From contig OX337240.1 of NCBI GenBank assembly GCA_946965045.2, forward strand, positions 1,364,001-1,428,000: a stretch of DNA of 64,000 nt. The letters are read 5' to 3'. This stretch comes from Epithemia pelagica. Its lineage: Eukaryota > Protista > Bacillariophyta. Shown piece by piece: positions 34,790 to 47,500 of this stretch; positions within the stretch are counted from its first letter, which is position 1; every line of letters starts with the position of its first letter. The notes under the pieces are model-generated. The model ran no database searches. It saw only the letters and a program-made list of their open reading frames with translations, and was not told where the DNA came from. The translations under genes were made by a program, and so were the position numbers.

Positions 34790-35410
34790 ATGAGTCCACC
34801 ACTTCCTTATTCTCAGTTGGGCACCAGTCTGTCCCAGTCATCATCTCGTCGCAAGATCCAGATTGAATGTTTTCTGGACTTGGTGTGTCCGTTCTCGTGC
34901 AAAATGTTCAACACATTGTACGAGGGCGTGTTACCGGCATTCAAAGAGGACCCAGATGTCGAATTTGTTCTCCATCAAGTCATCCAACCGTGGCACCCGC
35001 AAGGTGTCATGGTACACGAGGCAGCTCTGGCATGCAAGCGTGTTGCCCCCGAAAAGTATGCTGATTTTGTTCATGCCTTATATGCTGCTTACACCAGCGG
35101 TCAATTCAAAGATGCCTCTGCATGGGACAAGACACGTTCGCAATTGCACGACGAGTGCTTGGCCTTGTTGCCCAGCGGTGTCAATACCGAAGCTGTCAAG
35201 GCGTTACTTGTACGAAGCGATTCGGGTTCGGGGAATGAGATCACCCAAGAGCTGAAATGGGCCTGTAAGATTCATCGAACAAGAGGCGTCCACGTGACGC
35301 CAACAGTTTTTATAAATGGCCTTGAGGCTGGTGCTGTCTCGAGTGGTTGGACGAAAGAGGAATGGCTCAAATTTTTGGAAAAGAAAGGGGAGGACTTGTT
35401 TCAGGTTTAG
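34790..35410 (+). CDS. DsbA-like thioredoxin-fold protein
   Basis: 206 aa with FLDLVCPFS, QPWHPQ and cis-Pro motif VTPTVFING. Confidence 0.8.
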   Translation: MSPPLPYSQLGTSLSQSSSRRKIQIECFLDLVCPFSCKMFNTLYEGVLPAFKEDPDVEFVLHQVIQPWHPQGVMVHEAALACKRVAPEKYADFVHALYAAYTSGQFKDASAWDKTRSQLHDECLALLPSGVNTEAVKALLVRSDSGSGNEITQELKWACKIHRTRGVHVTPTVFINGLEAGAVSSGWTKEEWLKFLEKKGEDLFQV

Positions 35411-35777
35411 ATACCGACTTCACAGTACGTGACTACGGCAAATGGGAACAACTTTCCTTCTGTCCACACTTCGATGATGATGGCAAATCTCTTTTGTCAC
35501 TTTCAGAAGCGATACCCAATACCCATGCAGGAACTTAGTGACAGAAACACACGCGAAGAAGCTTTTCCTCATGAGTACACATCCTAGAGACCGATCACTA
35601 ATAATCATTAACACAAATTTCATTCACAGTGTCCAAAGGGCTCAATGTTTTATCCAGTTGATGAGTATAGCAAGGGAGTTGCCATGGCAAAAACATTGGC
35701 CAAGATACATCTTAGAATACGTTCTTTACTGTGGACCATTTTCTTTCGCTCTTGAGGCAACGTCCTGCCATCCAGTA

Positions 35778-36734
35778 TCAGTTTCCCTTCTCGATATCAT
35801 TCAAAATCTCAAGGACGAATCGTTCTAAATACTGTCCAAGGAACTGGTATCCCTTCTCGGAAAAATGAAGGCCATCTCTGTACCACAATTCGGCATGGTC
35901 GTGGTCATATCCAAAGGGAAATTCTACAAACGTCGCCCGTGATTCTTCTTCGGCAAATGCTCTAAGCTTCTTATTCACCGAGTTGGCCATTTTGGCGGCT
36001 GAGGCAGATCGTGTTTGGTATAGCGACGATGGAATTTCCAACACAATGGTGCGAGGAACTGAATTCTGATAGCACAACTTATGCATCGTTACAATGTCCT
36101 GAGCAATGGCTTCTGCTCCAGCTTCTTTTCGTCGTCCTAAATCATTGGTACCTGCCAGAATAATGACCAAATCCAGTCGAGGAGACGACGGAGAAGACGG
36201 CCAGTTGCGAATGGACGTTCGTAAGCCACGCTCGGGGTGATTTTGTTCCTCCAAGAACTGTTTTGCGGTCCACCCTGGTTTACCGACGTGTTGCACTTGG
36301 ATTGGAGATGTTGATTGATGGGTATTGGAAGTAGCAGTGCCGTTTGTAAGCGTCTTGTCCAAGGTCTCCTGTAAATAGATTGCATATGGAAAGAACTGAG
36401 GTCCTGACATCCCGGCCGTCAAGGAATCCCCAAAACACAAGACGCCATGTCTCCGACGCGGTAACCCGACAGGGAGAGTCTTGTTTCGACTAGAACCTGA
36501 CGAGGACGAAGATTGCTTGGATCGGGCAAGAAGGTTTCCGTCATGCGTTGATTCTTCTCGTTTAATCGTAACGGCGGAGAGCGCGGCATAAAGCAATGCC
36601 AACAGGGCCACAGAATATGTCAAAAGTCGAGCACCACGAATGATTCCACCTGACGTCTCTTTCGAGCTACAAGAGGAAGCCTGGGAAACCATGACTCTGC
36701 GTAGTTCACAAAACGATGTCACTGAAATGTACAA
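35778..36734 (-). CDS. SGNH/GDSL hydrolase with an N-terminal membrane anchor
   Basis: Blocks FGDSLTAG, GKPG, LAGTND and DGLH. N-terminal TM LLTYSVALLALLYAALSAV. Confidence 0.88.
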   Translation of the reverse strand: MYISVTSFCELRRVMVSQASSCSSKETSGGIIRGARLLTYSVALLALLYAALSAVTIKREESTHDGNLLARSKQSSSSSGSSRNKTLPVGLPRRRHGVLCFGDSLTAGMSGPQFFPYAIYLQETLDKTLTNGTATSNTHQSTSPIQVQHVGKPGWTAKQFLEEQNHPERGLRTSIRNWPSSPSSPRLDLVIILAGTNDLGRRKEAGAEAIAQDIVTMHKLCYQNSVPRTIVLEIPSSLYQTRSASAAKMANSVNKKLRAFAEEESRATFVEFPFGYDHDHAELWYRDGLHFSEKGYQFLGQYLERFVLEILNDIEKGN

Positions 36735-37329
36735 AAAGGGAAATGAGGGTTCCTGTTATATTCAAAGAGTTTCTGTTCACCTCATCATGGTCAGGAAAAC
36801 ATGAAGGTCGGAGGGAAAGATTATGTGGGGGTAGTGTACTAGGCCTCTAGCTAAAGCTACGCATTGACTGTTGAAAGCGGAAAGACTAGCGTAGGCCAAG
36901 CCTTCCTCTAACCATGATGCGACTCTATCGCAATCGTTCGATACGAAGAAAGATTATGAGAAAAAGTTGTTTCGGCCTCCTATGAAGTGAAAAGAAGGTA
37001 TCAGAGTTTGAATTCACGCCGGCTTCAAACCGATCTTATTAGGAGTAGGAGTTTGCTGTTTCTCTAGGTAGAGTGGGACTTCTGGAAACAAGGAATGATT
37101 GATTCAGCACAAAAGTAGAGTACATTTCCTCTATACTTTTGTTCGCATCTTACTCTCAAGCACTGTCGCCAATCGTAACGCAGCGCAAACTAACAGTCGT
37201 ACAAATCTCACTCAATCAATGATATCCAGTAGTGAAGGGAATGTATCTTTTCCTTCGTTGTCCTTGTTTTAGCTGGGTTTCTAGATAGATCACCCCTCCA
37301 GAGCTACCGGCCAAAGCCGGCAGTTTGCC

Positions 37330-38523
37330 TTATTGGGCTTCGGGTTTTATGAAGGTTGCCGCAGTCACAATAGAATAGAAGATCCACAACAACCACACTG
37401 CATAAAACACGTTCAACAGTTTTTGAATTGCCTTGGTTGCCGGAGTCTGGTAATGTGCTTGTAGAGGAGTACTTCGTTCATTGCCAACTAGACCTCCCAG
37501 CAATACAGGAAAATCGGAGAGCACATGAAACACAGTAAGGAGAGAAGTCCAAATCCGCCTCCAGATCCGATCTAACGGTGGTGAAGTAGTTGACAGCACT
37601 TCCGACTCCAAAGAGAACAATGACTGCGACTTAGACTTTTCTTCGGAAAAAGGGCTACAACCAACAATCTTTGCGTTACCAAGAGAAATAGCTCTGGAGG
37701 TGGGTGCTTCGTTGCATGCTCCATTCGTTGCGCTATTTCTCAACGTAGGCATTTCCGCACCCATTAACTTCATTTGTTGATTCAACCTGTCTTGTTCCTG
37801 TCGGAAATGCGCCATTTGATTATATCTTGTTTGTATCTCTTCGCGTAAGGTAAATTCTAGAACTTCATAATTGGACTGAGATTCTTCTTGTGCAGCCTGA
37901 AGTTGCTGAACGGTGGCCCGAAGAACCTGATTCGACTCCTCAAGCTCTCTTTTCTCATCCAACGACTTTTGGAGCTCGGCTTCCACCTTGGACAATTCCT
38001 GACTGGACTGAATCTCGAGCGTATTGAAAAGCCGTTTGCTCTCTTCCAGTGACGTCTCATGCATGTCTAAGTTCGTCTGCAGTGTTTGGTTGGATGAAAG
38101 TAAGAATCGTCGGATCGTTTCCATTTCGTGCTTTTCTTCTTTGGATTTCCTGTAAAAGTCTTCAAGCTCCGTTATCACTTGTTGTGCCACGAGATTGGGT
38201 GTCAATGAGAACGACATGGTATATTGTCGGCGGCAAATGGGACAAGAACGCTCCCTTTGGGAAAAGAACTCTCGAATGCAGGCGTTGCAAAACGTGTGAC
38301 CACATCTCAGACTGCTTGGTTTCTTGAAGACATCGTGACAAATGACACAGACCAAACTTTGACAGACAGGTGGCTCTTGCGAGAAGAAATCACTGCAACT
38401 GCTGCTTGAGGTTCCACAGCTGCTGATCCCTCCACTGCTGTGGGCACTGTGATTCATAAAGTCGAGATCCTGCATGTTGCAAAGAAGGTATCGAATCTCT
38501 TTTGCTTTTCGTTGCAGCCGCAA
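37330..38523 (-). CDS. C3HC4 RING finger / coiled-coil protein with a C-terminal hydrophobic segment
   Basis: CVICHDVFKKPSSLRCGHTFCNAC..CPIC, followed by a long heptad region and VFYAVWLLWIFYSIVTAA. Start codon uncertain. Confidence 0.82.
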   Translation of the reverse strand: MRLQRKAKEIRYLLCNMQDLDFMNHSAHSSGGISSCGTSSSSCSDFFSQEPPVCQSLVCVICHDVFKKPSSLRCGHTFCNACIREFFSQRERSCPICRRQYTMSFSLTPNLVAQQVITELEDFYRKSKEEKHEMETIRRFLLSSNQTLQTNLDMHETSLEESKRLFNTLEIQSSQELSKVEAELQKSLDEKRELEESNQVLRATVQQLQAAQEESQSNYEVLEFTLREEIQTRYNQMAHFRQEQDRLNQQMKLMGAEMPTLRNSATNGACNEAPTSRAISLGNAKIVGCSPFSEEKSKSQSLFSLESEVLSTTSPPLDRIWRRIWTSLLTVFHVLSDFPVLLGGLVGNERSTPLQAHYQTPATKAIQKLLNVFYAVWLLWIFYSIVTAATFIKPEAQ

Positions 38524-39063
38524 GAGAGTTTTAGATCAAGTGTTCGTTGGAACACACTGAAGTTTTATTGATCGACACAGCGATGTGTGGGTTGTTGTGG
38601 GTTTGTGCGTGTTCGGCTTTTGTGTTTTGAGAGCGTGAGGTTCGTGAGCAAAGAAAGCATGGAATCCACGACATATTCCCGCGACAGAATCTATAAATGG
38701 AGAATCGAAGATTCTCTTTGGTGTCGTCCCGTGCAGTTCTGACTTCTGACATCTCGTTCGCTATGATCGATCCGGGAATGATACACTCATGGGACCAAGC
38801 ACTACCCGCGACCCAGCGATATGGACGGCATAGACTATGAATGGATGAAGCTCGCTCTAGAGTTGAGTCAAGCAGAAACAGAATCACTATCTTCTTTATA
38901 AATTTAATCTAGATTGGCAGTCTATGAATATCTTCTAAATCGAACTCGTTTCCCCCATGAGGTCTTCGTAGCCTTTTGTCTGTGGACGATTACTGTCGTC
39001 CGCACACCGACGAATCGCGTGTATCAAAGTCTTGCGGCCATGGCAACCATGGTGGATCACGAT

Positions 39064-40958
39064 CTAATACCACATTCGCAAAGGCGACAACCACCACGGT
39101 TGTTTGCTCTTGCTTGAACCATGAGGAAGTCGCTGATTCCATGTAGTAAGAGGAACAATTACCGAGTTCCACAATCCTTCCATACCCAGGCTCGAGTACA
39201 GACATCCGGCCAGAATCAAAGAGCCTCCCACCGCGGCATCCACTCCAAATTGCTCTCCAATCAGTAGCGCCGCAAAGCCGGCTCCCCACAATGGTTCTGT
39301 GGACAAGAGGAGCGTGGTCTCAGACGCTGATAGCGTCTGGAGTGCACGCGTTTCCATATAAACGGACAAGGCGGTCGAAGCAATGCCCGTCCAGGCAATC
39401 ATAGCCATGAGCGATGGATCCAGCAACCAAACTTGCAACTGGCTCCATTCCCAAACTCCACTGCCACCTTCTGCTACTGCACTGTAAATGGCAGAGCCAA
39501 ACGCAACGGCCAAGAGTTGAGCAGCCGTGCATCGGCTGGCTTCGTTTGGGTACTTGTGCATCGTTTCTGTATGAAACCAGAAGAACAAAAAGATGACAAG
39601 GCAGTTGAGATAGGTGAGTCAGGAACAAATGGTTTCCGTGGTCCAGTGTCTTTTACTTTCAGATAATACTTACGTTCCATGCGCCAAAAGCCCATTCCAA
39701 ACGCAAAGGGTTGAAGCATACTGGCCCAGTCACCATAGGACCATGACGGCGCCACAGCCCAATCATTGGCCGATGTCCCAAACTCGAGAAACGCGACACC
39801 CACCATCGCCATGATGGCTCCCATCCATTCTCGTCCCTTGAGTTTTCGACCGGCAATAAAGTCGAGAAAGGGAACCACCACGACAGCCAAACTACACAAG
39901 AATGCCGATTGACTGGCCAATGTAGTTTCCAATCCGACTGCCTGTGCAATGTATCCAATGGAACACAACAGACCCACTTCGAATCCTCCCACGAAAGATC
40001 CCCACGCCGCCGATGGAGTGCTGCTCGTAGCAACTTGAGAATCGGATTTCGTCTCGTCGGTTGGTCGTTCCTCCTTGGAGGGTGCAAAGAGCCAGGGCGA
40101 CGTGGCCAGAGCTGCCAATCCAAAACGCAGGGTGCTCGAGACGCCGACTGGTAAGGTCGTTTCCTGGCCCATGAGCTTGACCAAAGAAAAATTGGTTCCG
40201 TACAAGGCCGCCGCACCAATCAGCAAGAGACGGGCTACCATAATTGCTCGAGCCTCGGTTTCCTGATGTTCTAGCTGCTCCGACGCAACCGCCAGAGAAG
40301 CTTGATCCTGTGTCGAATCACGTGAAGAGAATGACGAATCTTGGGGTACAGCATGCCAGGAAATGTCGTCCATTGCATATTGAGTGGCATGAGCTTGTCG
40401 TGAGGTGGTCGAGGCCTTGATTCCATGTCGTTTACCCAATAATTCACCAGCTCCCGAAAACGGCGAGGGAAGCACTTGATGGGTTGGATGATGGTAGTCT
40501 TGAGAAAAGTCCAACTCTTGAAGAATGTACTCATTGTGAATGTTTCTCCTTGCCGACAAAGTCGTCCTTTGATTGTAGAGCCCTGGTCCAGTGTGTACGT
40601 TAGACATTTCGGAAGACGCAACAGCCGTGGCGGACAAGGTAGTGCTATTCGAGTGACGACTTGATGTACCTTGATAGTGATGGTGATGGTCTTGTGCCAT
40701 GTGTAACGTCGGTGTATTATGAGGGTGTATCCGTCTTTCGACAAAGGGAGAAGGCCCATGAAAGGATAAAGATTTCCTGGTTGGTTGGCCAAACGAGCTC
40801 AACGGTCCTGGTCGTGAGTGACCCACAAACCCATCGACGTGATGGCCAAAAAGACTACCGAGCCATAGGATCGCCCACAAACTCTGAGTGACCAGCGAGA
40901 AGAATCGTACAAGCGTTGAAGTGGAGAAGCCGCTGCAACTCCTGCTTTCGACCATCAT
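39064..40958 (-). CDS. EamA/DMT-family transporter, probably plastid-targeted
   Basis: Exons 40958-39674 and 39566-39064 join in frame. Motifs AALYGTNFSLVK, LRFGLAA, QAVGLETTLASQSAFL and ETTLLLSTEPLWGA. Signal peptide ends VDG|FV. Confidence 0.88.
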
Positions 40959-41716
40959 GGTTTTGCTTCGTGAAACAGTTTTACCACGCTCGAATCTTGG
41001 AAATCGTGCTCTCTATACTCCGTCTATTGAAATGTGTGTTGATTCCTTCGGTTGGAAATGGATCGACGATAGATTGATGGCTCCTTGGTTGTCAACCACA
41101 ACCAGCGATTATTTTATGAAGGTTGCAGACACGGAAGCGTCGTCTCCAGCGTTCTCTCACCGGTGTCTCTCTGTGTGGCCAGGGCGAAGGATCGTGTCGT
41201 TGGTTGGGGGATTCATGATGGCCCCACAATCGTGGATCGCAGATGCAACCAAAATATACAACTTAACGTTGGGATTTGAGAATGTGGTCAATTTTATCAT
41301 AATGTATATAGGAAGATCTCGCTGAAGATTCCATTGTGGCGGTCGCGCTGTCGGGTGAAAAGCCTACGTGGTCGCGAGCCCATATGCTCTCCGTGGAACG
41401 TGAGTACCGCAAAAGATCGAAGAAGCAGGTGCAGTTGCACCTCCAGGACTGAGGCTGTGGCTGACAACTGACACCAATGTCAAAAGTTCAAGCGTTCCAC
41501 CTGCCGTGTCGGCAAAAAGACACACACCAAGATCCGCGACCGGTGGACTTTGGCGGCTACCATCTACCACCACATCTACCCCTCAACCATTTCTTCCTCT
41601 TACCATAACTACTCTACTAGCATATCAGGATTGTCTTTTGTCTTCGACAAGACAAAAAAACTCGAAGATTTCTAAACAAGATGAAACCGATAGCAGGTTT
41701 CCATCTAGCCCAGACA

Positions 41717-42534
41717 TTAACGCCATACGTAAGGAACGGGTTTTAAGGGTAACGGAGTAGAAAATAAACTACTCCCATAAAAAATATGGGATCAGTGCTT
41801 TGACTCCCATAAACTACTCCCATCTTAACACGGTTTGAAAACTCCCAGTTTTAATTTCGAGTACAAATTTATTCATAGTGAGAATTTTTTGTCATTTTAG
41901 TCGCTTTTCTCGAACTTGAGCGGCCATCCTCGATGACCATGAGAGACAATGAGGGCGGACAATGAAAATGGCATGGATCATCTTCCAATGATGCCAAACC
42001 AGGTCAGAATGGATGAAGGAAAGTCAATTGATCAAGACAGATGGTATGTGGAGGCGAAAGTTGACCAAGGAAAGGTTCAATGTGTCGAAAAAGGGTCAAT
42101 GCTGTGAAGCAGGCAAAAACATGGTCTGAGAGAGGGAATTGCCGAATGCTCAACAGAGGTGCTGTCAAATCACAAATAAAGACAAAGTCCTATAGTTCAT
42201 ATTATTTTACACCAGAATGGAAGGTCTTGACATTTGCTGTTGGATATTGAGTGTGTGCGTACTGCTCAAAGTTGGGCCATGGTCGATGGGATGAGAAAAT
42301 CACAAAAATCATCCAAGTTTTGATACACGAAACGACTGTTATAATTTCAAAATCAGTGTAGACTATGATATATGAAAATGTTCAAAATTCCACAAACTAT
42401 TAGAATTACAAGTGAAAAAGACAATGGCGTCTATATTCCAATTAGTAGATGTCTTCAAAGTTATGGGAGGAGTGTATATACTGCTCGAATTTATGGGATC
42501 AGTATATATACTGCTCCCTTACGTATGGCGTTAA
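41717..42534. mobile_element. piggyBac-like MITE, copy 2 (same orientation as copy 1)
   Basis: TTAA at 41717-41720 and 42531-42534, 810-bp body, same TIRs. I saw only 4 substitutions against copy 1. Confidence 0.9.
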
Positions 42535-42979
42535 TGAGTTTTGCGTGGTTTTTGACGTCTTGACAAGTCCTTATAATACTGGATCTTTCTTCACCAGAGA
42601 CGTTCGACGTCGAGTCTTCCGTACCGTGGTAAATCATAGGAGTAGCTCATTATGAGTTCTTGCAAAACCTTCCATAGACCCAAGACCAGGCGGTCTAACA
42701 TTGACGAATCGTGCAATTCCCCAGTTTCCTACAATGCATACATGAAAGAGAAGTACAGAGCTCAGTAGAGATACTATAAGCAAGAAATTTTTTGCATTAT
42801 CGGTACTTTAACAGAAAGTGATCACATGAAAGGAACCATAGTGAACCAACAACTAATTATACAACAGGCCATCAAATTATTCCATTCGTACCACATAACG
42901 AGAGAGTACAAGCATATATGTTCACCAAGAATAACATGGTGGTGAGGAGTGCACGTATGATATTGCTCTCATGGACATG

Positions 42980-43975
42980 TTAAAGAAAGTCATCATCGTC
43001 GTCCATGTCTTGGTCGGACTCGGTGGAGAACGACGGCTGGCTTTCTTCTTCCACTAGAATCGCGTCGTTGTAGGTCTCTTCTTCCGATGGTACTGGAAAC
43101 ACATCTGACCTCGACCTTCCTTCACCGTTCGACCTACTCCTACGCGTCGAAACATGTTCCTCTCGTAGCTTTGGAATGATTGTTACAGCCAGTCGGTTTT
43201 CCTCCCACTCTTGTACCACCGATTTGGCGTGTTCGGACAGCGTCGGAAATGGCGCCAAGTAGTACATGGCGTACTCAGCCATGTCCAGGAGAGAATGTTG
43301 ACTGTGCAAGAACGCATGAAACGGCCAAACATAATCAGGGTGCGGTTGGTTTGCATCGAGGTCTGAACATACCACTTTGAACCAATCAGCCAACCCAACT
43401 TGGAGAGCCAAATTCTGGACCGTCTGTTTGGACGTCTCGAAACCAGGGTAAAAGTGTGGATTGGAGTCCACTTCACTTCCAGTCGAGGAAGAAGTGGAGT
43501 TTAGAATATAGAGGGCAAAACAAAGCTTTGCCACTTCTGACGACGAACTGAACGCGGAACGATAAAATGGTGTTTCTTGGTATGGTTCGTCCAGTGGCCA
43601 GAACAAATCGACAAACTTCTGGAATATAGTCCGCCTCTCCTCCTGGCTGTCTACTTCCCAGATTGTGGATTGCTTCCGGGTGGGATCTTGTTGAGTTCGT
43701 GGACCATGAATGTGGTTTGCAGCCTCAAATGCATACCGTTCTTCCATTAGTTCGACCGCCTTTCGAACAGCAATCCGAAGGTTTTCGGGGTATCCGCGAG
43801 AATCTCTTAGTTCGACGTAGAACTCGTCCAAGTGTTTTCTCTGTCGTGCTAGTTCTCGTTCCTTTCTTTGCTGTTGGTTCTGAATATGAAAGACTTTTTG
43901 AAACCAGTTTGAGCTGGTCGGCTCCTCACGAACCACCACCAAAGAGGGATTTGCCACCGACATTGTCCACAACAA
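42980..43975 (-). CDS. Hypothetical protein (331 aa)
   Basis: Long ORF with protein-like composition and an acidic tail. No domain recognised. Confidence 0.6.
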   Translation of the reverse strand: MLWTMSVANPSLVVVREEPTSSNWFQKVFHIQNQQQRKERELARQRKHLDEFYVELRDSRGYPENLRIAVRKAVELMEERYAFEAANHIHGPRTQQDPTRKQSTIWEVDSQEERRTIFQKFVDLFWPLDEPYQETPFYRSAFSSSSEVAKLCFALYILNSTSSSTGSEVDSNPHFYPGFETSKQTVQNLALQVGLADWFKVVCSDLDANQPHPDYVWPFHAFLHSQHSLLDMAEYAMYYLAPFPTLSEHAKSVVQEWEENRLAVTIIPKLREEHVSTRRSRSNGEGRSRSDVFPVPSEEETYNDAILVEEESQPSFSTESDQDMDDDDDFL

Positions 43976-44548
43976 TGCTCGTGAAGATCAGCGGTCTTGT
44001 TTTTCAATGATACGTTTCAACTAGGTAGTGATCGGCTTCTCATGTACGTCTTTTTGAAATATGTGTGATTGTGGTGATGGTGATGGCGGGCATCTTGCTC
44101 ATAATTTCCTTGTTCACGTGATCTCTTCTCACTTTTCAATAGAAGCAAGACACATGTCACCGCCAAACCGGAGAACTCGAACTGGAAGTGATCCGCGAAA
44201 AATCTAAATTTGGTCACAATGCTCGCCAAAAGAAATGAATTGCCCCACATGACCAAGACCAAATAAGGTCATAAACGCGACTCGTCACACCCGGAAAATG
44301 TCACTTAGGTCTAAATGTATAGCTAAATATATAGATGAATGTGAGCTCGCTCGATATCCCGCCAAATATACGTGCTCCTTGTTAGGCCCATTACATAACC
44401 GTTTGGAATTGGGAGGAGCGTCGTACCCGCTTCAGAGCACACGCCGACCCCTCCGTTTCCTCTTCTTCGCGTCACGCACACATATTCCATGACGGACATC
44501 AACAGGAAGACACAACAACACCATCATCAGTAGCCATTCCCAGAAACA

Positions 44549-47500
44549 ATGGACCGGCCTTATCTTCCAACAATAGGTGGGGGCAAGCCTCAGTCAGATG
44601 AAGAATCAAGTGAAGTTGACGGACATTTGGGAGGGATGGACGAAGAGTCTCAGGAACAGGTTGCTCTAACTCCACGAGAGTGTGATTCTTCCTCGATGGA
44701 ACGGTTCAACCAACGTAGCACCTCTTACTTGGCCTTCTTTCGATCTCCGGCGAAAGTATCGAGGACTGTCACCTCGTTCATCCATAGGCAGAATTCAGGA
44801 CGGTTCGGTGGTACTCAGCACCCACATGGAATTGCGAGAGATCCCATTGGACCACGGCATGACGACGAAAGCGAGGCATCTAAGGAAAATGACTCGTCTG
44901 CCATTAGCAGCAGTGATGGGGAAATGCATGGAATAGGCTTGCAATATTCATCGACTCAGTCCCAATCAACGGCGTCGTCCTTGGCCCCGCGCCTATCTAT
45001 GACGGCAGTTGTTCCGCCTGGTGTTCCACCACAGCTCGCTCAACTACAAGTCGATCACAGCTCGCGTTCTGGACGAATGTCCTTAGGGGCTGAAACGAGA
45101 AGAGCGACGGTTTCTCCTCGAACACCGGATTCTGTGGCATCTAGAATGAGCAATGCCAGCCGCTTGTTCGGTGAATCGTTGTTGAGCGGCATGGGAAACG
45201 AAGACAGCAATGGTGTTGTCAACCATCGTGAAAGTTCTCAAAAAAGGGTAAGGGGAGGTGTTGTTGCCTCCATAGATGCCCTTCGTAAGCGTTCCTCAAC
45301 GGATCACGGTAGTTTGACCCTTCCGACGAGCCATCAGAATGAATGGAGGCAATATCCCAGTCAAAACAAATTTGTTAGACGAGAATGGCTCGAAAGATTC
45401 GATTCCTATATTCAAACAGCGCAGAAACATGTCAAAGATTTGATTCAAAAACGAGAAAGCGTGCCGCTATCACCCCACAGTCGGAACCTTCTCAATTTAG
45501 AGTATTTAAAGGTGCAGCATCTAGAGAAAATGGATGCCCTGATGCCTCAAATTGAAGAAGAAGACGAAGATGACCAACCTATCTATGATTTCTGCCTAGT
45601 TCTTACCCCGCAAGAAGTGTATGCTTTCTGGGCCGCAATACTGGACTTTCGAGAAGAACTTCTAGGGAAAGACGTTGTTGAAATTATGGAAGAAAACTGG
45701 AAGTCAGGTGCCTTCAACGGCTCACGGGCCAACTTGGAAAACTCTCCCGGAACTCCGCATAGCATGGGGAGGCCCCTCAGCACGAAGAGCCTCAAAGAGG
45801 AAGAGGTAACTTCGAACATGTCCACACCACGTCAAAGACGATCTCCGCTTGTCGTGCGGAACACGAATTCGGAGAAACATGAAAAGTCATCCGATCGCCG
45901 ACCTCCTCCACAGCGCGGAATATCCACTACTTCGTTCGCTCCCAGTCTTATCACACCAGCCGCACGAAGTTCGAAGCTCCCTTTTACATCCCCTGGTATC
46001 TACAGTACAGCAGATTCCACCAAAATATCGATCAAGAGTCGGCAATCTCTCTTCGACCGCGCAGTAGGCTCTGATCTTCATTCAGGTTGCCCACCAATTG
46101 CTTCTCAAGATAGCGACAATCAAGGTGGCGGTGAAGATTTGGGAAATCTTTATAGCAGCAATATTCGTCGGAAATGGGGCAAATCTCAACCAAGAATTGC
46201 TTCCCAGGAGAGTGACGTAGAAGCTGCTGTGACGGTTCCCGGCGCCATGTCGCCCGCTACAATGATTCGCTCTGTCACCCGAGGTACAGCCGTGGTACGT
46301 CGTCCCCCTATCTCGCAATTCTCAGAAACGAAAAATCCACGATCGGTCAATGACCCGCATGAAATTCACCTAGAAGACATTCCCAATCATGTCATCCCTC
46401 GAGGAATTGCGGCAAGGACCAACGGTATGCTTGTTTTTCTGAGTGCTTTGCGCCGAGGAATTGTTCTTCGGCGACACCGTCCCGGACACGAGGCTATGTA
46501 TTGCACCCTTTTCAGTACAGATGGAGGCGACACCATTCAGTACAAATGGGTCGATCATACCACTGCAATGAAGGCATTTGCGGACCAACGACAGCGTCAC
46601 AGCAGAGACAATGACTTTTCTCATCCAATCCCATGGGTTCAAATGCCGTCCCATGAACCTCGAACGGGAAGAAAAGGAAGTTTCCGCACAGCTGATATTG
46701 TTGTTGTGCATCCTGCGAGACACCCAGATCCTCGTTCGCCAGAGGGAGACCATGGCTCTGTTACTCTTCGAAAATCGCGTTCAGACTACTTTGAGGAACG
46801 AACTTTTTCTCTTGTTTGTAGAGCCCGTGCTACCGGTTCTCTGGACGAACTTGAGGCAAAGTGGTACAAAAACGTAGGAAATGAGTCGCAATTTCGTTAT
46901 CTTGATTTTGAGACGGCTACCGAAGGGGAATACTGGCTCGTTTTCCGAGGTCTACTCTTGTTGCATCGTGATGCCGCTGTCGGTCGTTTCGCTGACCAAA
47001 GGGCCGCAGGAATTGGATCCAGCTACTGTCGCAACACTGAGGGACATCAAGATGGAGAGAACCAATACAAGCTTCACGTGGACGAATTTCTAGAGCCTGT
47101 AACTGCAGGGTTTATGGAAAGACTGGTTGTAAATTGGCGAGGTCTAGACCAAAGATACATGGTGGGCGATAGGGCATCCGATGCAGTACCTCCACCATCC
47201 GATTATTTCCTGGGTTTCAAGTCTCCCGGAACGTCGATTTGGAGCCGTCTTCGATACGCTGGTTTTAAAACCCAACGCGTGTATGCAATTGATAACAATC
47301 GCGTGGTCCTTAAGATTGCGTGTCCGAGTTATCGTCTGATGGATGTAGCAGAAGTGCTACGTCTCAAGGTGAAGACATGTGACGGGAAATCTTTTGCGCC
47401 TTTTCGACAAGATATGATTGATTACTTCAAGCCGCTGAACGATCCACTTGAACAAGGTGGCTCCGCTCCTGGAATTGGAGAGTTTCAGTTTTCTTCTGCT

